DNA from: Candidatus Sericytochromatia bacterium | Lineage (GTDB): Bacteria; Cyanobacteriota; Sericytochromatia; S15B-MN24; VGJW01 | Direction of reading: 5' to 3' | Assembly (NCBI GenBank): GCA_035285865.1 | Contig: JAYKHS010000005.1 | Location: forward strand, 32,001-96,000 | DNA: 64,000 bases | In this document: one piece after another, positions 58,650 to 64,000 of the stretch | Position numbering within the stretch: the first letter of the stretch is position 1 | Layout: the number at the start of each line of letters is the position of its first letter | The notes under the pieces: model-generated | Database searches by the model: none | What the model saw: only the letters and a program-made list of their open reading frames with translations | What the model was told of the DNA's origin: nothing | Program-made: the position numbers and the translations under genes

Positions 58650-59936
58650 ATGCCTCTTCTTCTCATCGGCCTGAGCCACGACACGACGCCGGTCGCCCTG
58701 CGCGAGCGGTTGGCGTTCTCCGGGCCGGAAACGGCATTGGCGCTGGCGACCTGGCATGAAGACGGGGTCGCGACCGAGATTGCCCTGCTGTCGACCTGCA
58801 ACCGCACCGAGGTCTATGCGCTCGGACCCGATGCCGATGGCCTCGAGTCCGCACTCATTGCCGCGTTGGCCCGCAGCCGGGACCTGCCTGAGGGGCAGGT
58901 CAGGGACCTGTGCCGTGTCCGCCGGGACGAGGAAGCGGTCCTCCATCTGGTGCGGGTCGCGTCAGGGCTCGAATCGCAGATTCTGGGCGAGGGGCAGATT
59001 CTGGGTCAGGTTCGCGAGGCCTCGATGACCGCCCGGCGCATGGGTACCTTGGGGCCCGTGCTAGACGCCCTTTTCCGGACGGCCATTCACGCGGGTCGCC
59101 GGGTGCGCAGCGAGACGGCGATCGCGCAGGGTGCCGTCAGCGTGGGTGCCGCCGCTGTCGAACTGGCCCGTGAGCATCTGGGTGGCTATCGCAACCGGAC
59201 CGTCCTCGTCATCGGCACCGGGAAGATCGGCGAGTTGGCTCTGCGGCAGTTGTCTGCCGAACAACCCGCGCGCATCCTGATTGCCAACCGGACACCCGAG
59301 TCCGCGCAGGCTCTTGCGGGACCCTTCGGGGCCGAGGCCATACCGTTCCCGGCGCTATCCGAAGCTTTGCGCGAGGCCGATGTGGTGCTGTGCTGCACGG
59401 GTGCCCCACACCACGTGCTTTATCGCGCTGATCTCGCGCCCATCATGGAGGCGCGCGCCGGACGCCCCCTGTTGATGCTGGATGTCTCCGTGCCCCGGAA
59501 CCTGGACCCGGAATTGGCGACCCTGCCGGGCGTGGCTCTTTTCGATATCGACGCTCTGACGTCCCTGACCGAGCGCAATCGCGCGGACCGGGCCACATGG
59601 CTTCCCGCGGCGGAGACCATGGTGCTCGAGGCTGCCCAGCGCTTCCACGCTTCGGTCCAGGTCCAGAAGGTCGGGCCGACCATTGCCGGTTTGCGCGACA
59701 AATTCGAATCGGTCCGTCACGGAGAACTGACCCGTTTTCTCGAACGTCACGGCGCGACGTTGTCCGCCGATCAGGTCTCCGCAGTTGCCGAGCTGACCCG
59801 TGTCATCGGGACCAAGTTCCTGCACGAGCCCACCGTCGGCCTTCGTCACCACGCCGAAGCCGGCGCCGAGGACCACGCCCGCGTGATCCAGGAGCTGTTC
59901 GGGCTTACGGCGCCATCGCCTTCCTCGCGGGCCTGA
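58650..59936 (+). CDS. hemA: Glutamyl-tRNA reductase
   Basis: LSTCNRTE, VASGLESQILGEGQILGQV, ANRT, DVSVPRN. Confidence 0.96.
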   Translation: MPLLLIGLSHDTTPVALRERLAFSGPETALALATWHEDGVATEIALLSTCNRTEVYALGPDADGLESALIAALARSRDLPEGQVRDLCRVRRDEEAVLHLVRVASGLESQILGEGQILGQVREASMTARRMGTLGPVLDALFRTAIHAGRRVRSETAIAQGAVSVGAAAVELAREHLGGYRNRTVLVIGTGKIGELALRQLSAEQPARILIANRTPESAQALAGPFGAEAIPFPALSEALREADVVLCCTGAPHHVLYRADLAPIMEARAGRPLLMLDVSVPRNLDPELATLPGVALFDIDALTSLTERNRADRATWLPAAETMVLEAAQRFHASVQVQKVGPTIAGLRDKFESVRHGELTRFLERHGATLSADQVSAVAELTRVIGTKFLHEPTVGLRHHAEAGAEDHARVIQELFGLTAPSPSSRA

Positions 59937-60693
59937 AGACCCACCAGATACCAGCCGCCAGCGCCAGCAGGCCCAGCGGCACCAGGAACGAGGCGTTGGC
60001 GATCCACCAGGGATCTTCCAGCAGATTGGCCTGGAGCAGTGCCAGGGCATTGTTGGCCATATGCGCCATGGCCCCGGGCCAGAGCGAGCCTGTGCGCCAG
60101 GCCACGAGCCCGAGCCAGCCCCCGAGGATCAGATAGCTGGGCAGTCCGTAAAAGTCCCTGTGAAAGTCCGCAAACAGCACAGCCACCACCAGCAGCCGAA
60201 ACCACGGCACGCTGCCCGATGCGTCGTGGACTCCGAAGAGGCCACGCTGGATGACCCCTCGAAAGGCCATTTCCTCGCACAGGCCCGGCAGAATCACCGC
60301 CCCGATCGAGAGCCATGCCAGCTTGGGCCCCGGACCCTCGATGGTCATCAACGCGACCAGGCCTTCGGGCATGGATAGGCCGGTCAGGCTTCCCCAAGCC
60401 ATCTGTCCATAGGTCATCAGGATGGCAAGGCCCAGCATGCCAAGGACGGCACCGGCGAGCATGTTCGGTCGGAAGGCCTGCCAACCGCTGCTCAGCAGAC
60501 GCTGTCTCACGTTGCCGGGACCGGCCAGGAGCAGTGCGGGCAGCCCTACGCCTAAAGCTTCGATGGGCACGAACAGGGACTCGGGCGGTCGCTGGGGCCA
60601 CATCTTCGAAACCATGGCCACGGCGAACATCGGCCCGACGAGCAGCACGGGCAACAGCAGGGCAGCAGAGAGCCTCCCCGGTGTCGGCTTCAC
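59905..60693 (-). CDS. CPBP/Abi (CAAX protease family) intramembrane protease
   Basis: EEMAFRG, FADFH, HMANN; GTG start overlapping phnE stop. Confidence 0.88.
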   Translation of the reverse strand: MKPTPGRLSAALLLPVLLVGPMFAVAMVSKMWPQRPPESLFVPIEALGVGLPALLLAGPGNVRQRLLSSGWQAFRPNMLAGAVLGMLGLAILMTYGQMAWGSLTGLSMPEGLVALMTIEGPGPKLAWLSIGAVILPGLCEEMAFRGVIQRGLFGVHDASGSVPWFRLLVVAVLFADFHRDFYGLPSYLILGGWLGLVAWRTGSLWPGAMAHMANNALALLQANLLEDPWWIANASFLVPLGLLALAAGIWWVFRPARKAMAP

Positions 60694-61610
60694 TGGACCA
60701 TCCGGCGCAGTCGGGCGCTCGCGAAGTCCACGATCAGGACCAGCACGATCAAGACCAGCACGCTCACCGCAGCCTGCTGGTATTGGAAGGTCCGGAAGTC
60801 GGCATTCATCAGCAGGCCGATGCCACCGGCCCCGATCAGGCCCAGCACCGTCGCGGCTCGGATGTTGGCCTCGAATCGGTAGATGACGAAGCTGATGAAG
60901 TCCGCCATCACTTGGGGCACGACAGCGAAGGAGTAGACCTGGAAGCGATTGGCACCCGTGGCCTGAATGGCCTCGACCACCCCTTGGTCGATGTTTTCGA
61001 TGGCTTCGCTGAACAGCTTGACCAGCACCGTGGTGGTGGCGAAGGCCAGCGCCGACACGCCGGTGAAGGGCCCCAACCCGATGGCAGAGATCAGGACGAG
61101 CCCCACGGCGAAGTCCGGGATGCTGCGCAAGACGTTCACGACGACCTTGACGCTGTAGTAGACCGAGGGATGGGGAGAAGTGTTGCGCGCGGCAAGGAAG
61201 CCCAGAGGGAAGCTGAACAGGGCGGCCAGTGCGGTGCCCGCGATGGCCATCTGGATGGTCTGGATGGTGCCGCCGAGGATGGTCTGCGGCCAGGTGTTGG
61301 CCCACCAGGCCTCGCGGATTTCCTGCTGCTCCTCGGTCAGGGGGCTCGGCAGCAGCGTCTGTTGCCAGGTCAGCTCCTCGGGCAAGTGGTAGTCCGCCGG
61401 GTCGAAGAGCCGACCCCAGTCGGGCGGCCAGCTCTGTTTGGCCATGTCGGCCATCTTGGGCAGGCCCGCGATGAGCTCGGCGGGGTTGAATTGTGTCCCC
61501 AGGAAGGCCCACGACAGGACGGCCAGCACGGCGATGCCGACGGCCAGACGCTTGCCCATGGCACGTGGCGGACGAGGCAGGTCCAGATACTGGTCCGTCG
61601 CGCCGCTCAT
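60690..61610 (-). CDS. phnE: Phosphonate/phosphite ABC transporter permease
   Basis: LAARN, LRSIP, KLFSEAIE, YRFEANIR, GAGGIG. Confidence 0.92.
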   Translation of the reverse strand: MSGATDQYLDLPRPPRAMGKRLAVGIAVLAVLSWAFLGTQFNPAELIAGLPKMADMAKQSWPPDWGRLFDPADYHLPEELTWQQTLLPSPLTEEQQEIREAWWANTWPQTILGGTIQTIQMAIAGTALAALFSFPLGFLAARNTSPHPSVYYSVKVVVNVLRSIPDFAVGLVLISAIGLGPFTGVSALAFATTTVLVKLFSEAIENIDQGVVEAIQATGANRFQVYSFAVVPQVMADFISFVIYRFEANIRAATVLGLIGAGGIGLLMNADFRTFQYQQAAVSVLVLIVLVLIVDFASARLRRMVQ

Positions 61611-62446
61611 GCCGAGAATCCCTTCAACTCTTCCGTCCGTGCCTGGTAGATGCGGCGGATCGAGATGTCGTCCAGCTTGTCGGGTGGTCCGTCGAAGACG
61701 ACTTGCCCCCCGGCAAAGCCGATGACGCGGTCTGCATAGCGCTTGGCCAGATCGAGCACATGCAGGCAGACCAGCACCGTGATGCCGTCTTCCCGGCAGA
61801 TGTTGCGCATCAGCTCAAGGATGGACAGCGACAGCTTCGGGTCCAGCGAGGCGACGGGCTCGTCGCCGAGGATCATGGCCGGGCATTGCATCAGCGCCCG
61901 GGCAATGGCGACGCGCTGCTGCTGTCCGCCCGAGATGGCATCGGCCCGCTGGTAGGCCAAGGGCAGCAGGCCTACGCGATCCAGGTTGCGCAGCGCCCGT
62001 GCACGTTCCTGCTCGCTGAAGAGCCTGAATGAGCTCATGGTCGGGTGGGCATAGCCCAGACTGCCCGAGAGCACGTTGTCGAGAACAGACAGGCGCTTGG
62101 CCAGATTGAACTGCTGGAAAACCATCCCGACGCGACGGCGCCAGCGCTGGAGTTCCTGGCCTTTCACCCGCACGATGTCGACGACGGCATCATCGGGACG
62201 ATCCACGACCATCCCGGGCACGAGGATGCGGCCGGAGGTCGGCTCGACCAGGCGGTTCAGGCAACGTAGGAACGTACTCTTGCCGGCACCGGAAAGGCCG
62301 AGGATGGCCACGAACTCTCCTGGCCTGAAGGACAGATCCACCCCCTTCAGCACTTCCTGGCCGCCCGGGTAGGTCTTGTGCAGACCGCTGACCTGCACAA
62401 GGTCCAGATCCCGAGGCAGCAGGATGCTTGTGGGTTGACGCGTCAT
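61607..62446 (-). CDS. phnC: Phosphonate/phosphite ABC transporter ATPase
   Basis: GLSGAGKST, ISGGQQQRVAIARAL, DEPVASLDP. Confidence 0.93.
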   Translation of the reverse strand: MTRQPTSILLPRDLDLVQVSGLHKTYPGGQEVLKGVDLSFRPGEFVAILGLSGAGKSTFLRCLNRLVEPTSGRILVPGMVVDRPDDAVVDIVRVKGQELQRWRRRVGMVFQQFNLAKRLSVLDNVLSGSLGYAHPTMSSFRLFSEQERARALRNLDRVGLLPLAYQRADAISGGQQQRVAIARALMQCPAMILGDEPVASLDPKLSLSILELMRNICREDGITVLVCLHVLDLAKRYADRVIGFAGGQVVFDGPPDKLDDISIRRIYQARTEELKGFSA

Positions 62447-63345
62447 GGCCGCCGCTTCATGCCTGCGAGGGCCTCGCGGACGCTATCGTAGTCGGACGGC
62501 CGTGCCTCGACGAAGGCATCGATGTTGTAAATCTCCTTGAAGCGCCGGCGGCCCTCGGGGGTCTTGCCCATGTCGAGGAAGGCGGTCTTCAGGCGCTTGG
62601 CGAGCGCAGGCTTCAGATCGGGCCGTACGCAGAAGACATCATTGGGGATCGCCTTGGACACGGCCAGCGTTCGGAAGGCCTTGCGCTCCTCGGGCTTCTT
62701 GAGGAAGACCGTCCAGGCGCCCTCCTTGCCTTCAGGATCGTTGCAGAAGACGGCGCCCGCCTCGGCTTTTCCATGCAGCACGGCAAGCACGGTGGCGTCA
62801 TGTCCGCCCCCGGGCAGCCGCCTGAGGTCGCTGTCTGGATCGATGCCCTTGCTGCGCAGCAGCGCTGACGGGAAGATCGTCCCGGCGACGCTGAGCGGGT
62901 CCCCGAAGGCGAAGGTGCGGCCGCGCAGGTCGTCGAGTTGGCGCACGGGGCTGTCCTTGCGGACGATGATTGCCGAGTAGAACACCTGTCGGCCATTGCG
63001 CACGGCCTTGAGCATCAGGCGCACCCGCGCCTTCTGCTCGGCGAAGACGTAGGCCAGCGGGGCGAGGAAGGCCGCGTCCAGCTTGCGGTTGGCCATCGCT
63101 TCGACGACGCCCGTGTAGTCCGTCGCGACGAACGGCACGACGCGGACGCCCAGGCGGCGGGACAGGTCGGCCACGAGCGGGGCGACCTTGCGGAACATCT
63201 CGTCGAACTTGTCCGATGGGACAAAGCCGATCCGTAGAACCTCGCGGGCCGGGGCACCCGCTGCCTTGGTGGGTGCGGACGGCAGCGTCATCAGGCCCAG
63301 CAGCACGGCCGCCGCGAGGACGATGCGGGAAGTGTAGGCACGCAC
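62443..63345 (-). CDS. phnD: Phosphate/phosphite/phosphonate ABC substrate-binding protein
   Basis: ATDYTGVVEAM, FAFGDPLS, GGHDA, IPND; signal peptide. Confidence 0.9.
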   Translation of the reverse strand: MRAYTSRIVLAAAVLLGLMTLPSAPTKAAGAPAREVLRIGFVPSDKFDEMFRKVAPLVADLSRRLGVRVVPFVATDYTGVVEAMANRKLDAAFLAPLAYVFAEQKARVRLMLKAVRNGRQVFYSAIIVRKDSPVRQLDDLRGRTFAFGDPLSVAGTIFPSALLRSKGIDPDSDLRRLPGGGHDATVLAVLHGKAEAGAVFCNDPEGKEGAWTVFLKKPEERKAFRTLAVSKAIPNDVFCVRPDLKPALAKRLKTAFLDMGKTPEGRRRFKEIYNIDAFVEARPSDYDSVREALAGMKRRP

Positions 63346-63356
63346 GACGGTTCGCC

Positions 63357-64000
63357 TCAGGCCTGGCCGCCTGCTGCCACGGGGAAGATCCAGTCGGCGC
63401 CCAGCCTGCGGGCGGGGGGCTCGAGCCGCTCGGCAAGCCACGTCTCAAGTTGGTCGAGGCCGATGCGTACCTGACTCATGGTGTCCCGCTCCCGCACGGT
63501 GACGGCATGGTCCTCCAGGCTCTCGAAGTCGATGGTGACGCAGAAAGGCGTGCCGATTTCGTCTTGTCGGCGGTAACGCTTGCCGATGGAACCGGTCGTG
63601 TCGGTTTCGACCGTCCAGCGAGTCCGGAGCGCAGCCGCGATCCGGGCAGCCGGTTCCGCCAGTTCCGGCTTCTTGGACAGCGGCAGGATGGCCACCTTGA
63701 TGGGAGCCAGCCTGGGGTGAAGCCGCAGGACCACCCGAGTTTCCCCCTTGTCGTCCGTCTCCTCGGCATAGGCATCCACCAGAAAGGCCAGCGTCGCCCG
63801 GTCAGCGCCGGCGGACGGTTCCACCACGTGCGGAATCCAGTGTTCACGCGTGTTGTCGTCGAAAAAGGTCATGTCCTGCCCGCTGTGCTCGGCGTGCTGG
63901 CGCAGGTCATAGTCGCCTCGGTGCGCGATGCCCTCCAGTTCCGACCAGCCGAACGGGAACAGGTACTCGATGTCGACCGTGGCCTTGGCGTAATGGGCCA
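63357..64000 (-). CDS. glyQS: Glycine--tRNA ligase, alpha2 type (C-terminal part)
   Basis: [49 protein letters not shown]. Confidence 0.95.
   Translation of the reverse strand, partial: AHYAKATVDIEYLFPFGWSELEGIAHRGDYDLRQHAEHSGQDMTFFDDNTREHWIPHVVEPSAGADRATLAFLVDAYAEETDDKGETRVVLRLHPRLAPIKVAILPLSKKPELAEPAARIAAALRTRWTVETDTTGSIGKRYRRQDEIGTPFCVTIDFESLEDHAVTVRERDTMSQVRIGLDQLETWLAERLEPPARRLGADWIFPVAAGGQA

Noticed and set aside
59905..60693. Abortive-infection defence role for the Abi-named protease
   Set aside because: CPBP family membrane proteases are widespread; no defence genes nearby

Overview
High-GC bacterial chromosome segment with about 60 genes. No transposase, integrase, prophage, rRNA or CRISPR array was seen. 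Housekeeping genes: nadC, initiator tRNA-Met, gltX, recN, tldD/pmbA, hslO, coaX, hemA, Ccs1/CcsA cytochrome c biogenesis, a phnCDE-like ABC transporter and alpha2-type glyQS. Flagellar genes are fragmented: a stand-alone fliH-fliI pair, a DUF342/FapA gene, and flgF-flgG-flgJ-flgM-flgN-flgK-flgL-fliW-csrA-flhF-flhG lacking flgA/H/I. Many secreted or lipoprotein enzymes are present (M14 carboxypeptidase, clostripain, two GH1s, a deacetylase-LysM-GH fusion). Cyanobacteria-like Ccs genes, a Cdv3-like tail, an LptD-like protein and FliW/CsrA flagella suggest a non-photosynthetic cyanobacterial relative such as Sericytochromatia; this is inference only. Signals not explained by the ORF track: (1) an 81-aa T3SS-needle-like gene with a sigma28-type promoter, enclosed by perfect 70-bp direct repeats; (2) a ParM-like actin / DivIVA-like coiled-coil / lytic transglycosylase module abutting the rod genes; (3) at least six genes with leaderless architecture, plus an initiator tRNA with U1-A72 and a promoter immediately upstream; (4) an unannotated structured ~140-nt RNA with its own promoter and terminator; (5) an unlisted 54-aa membrane protein.
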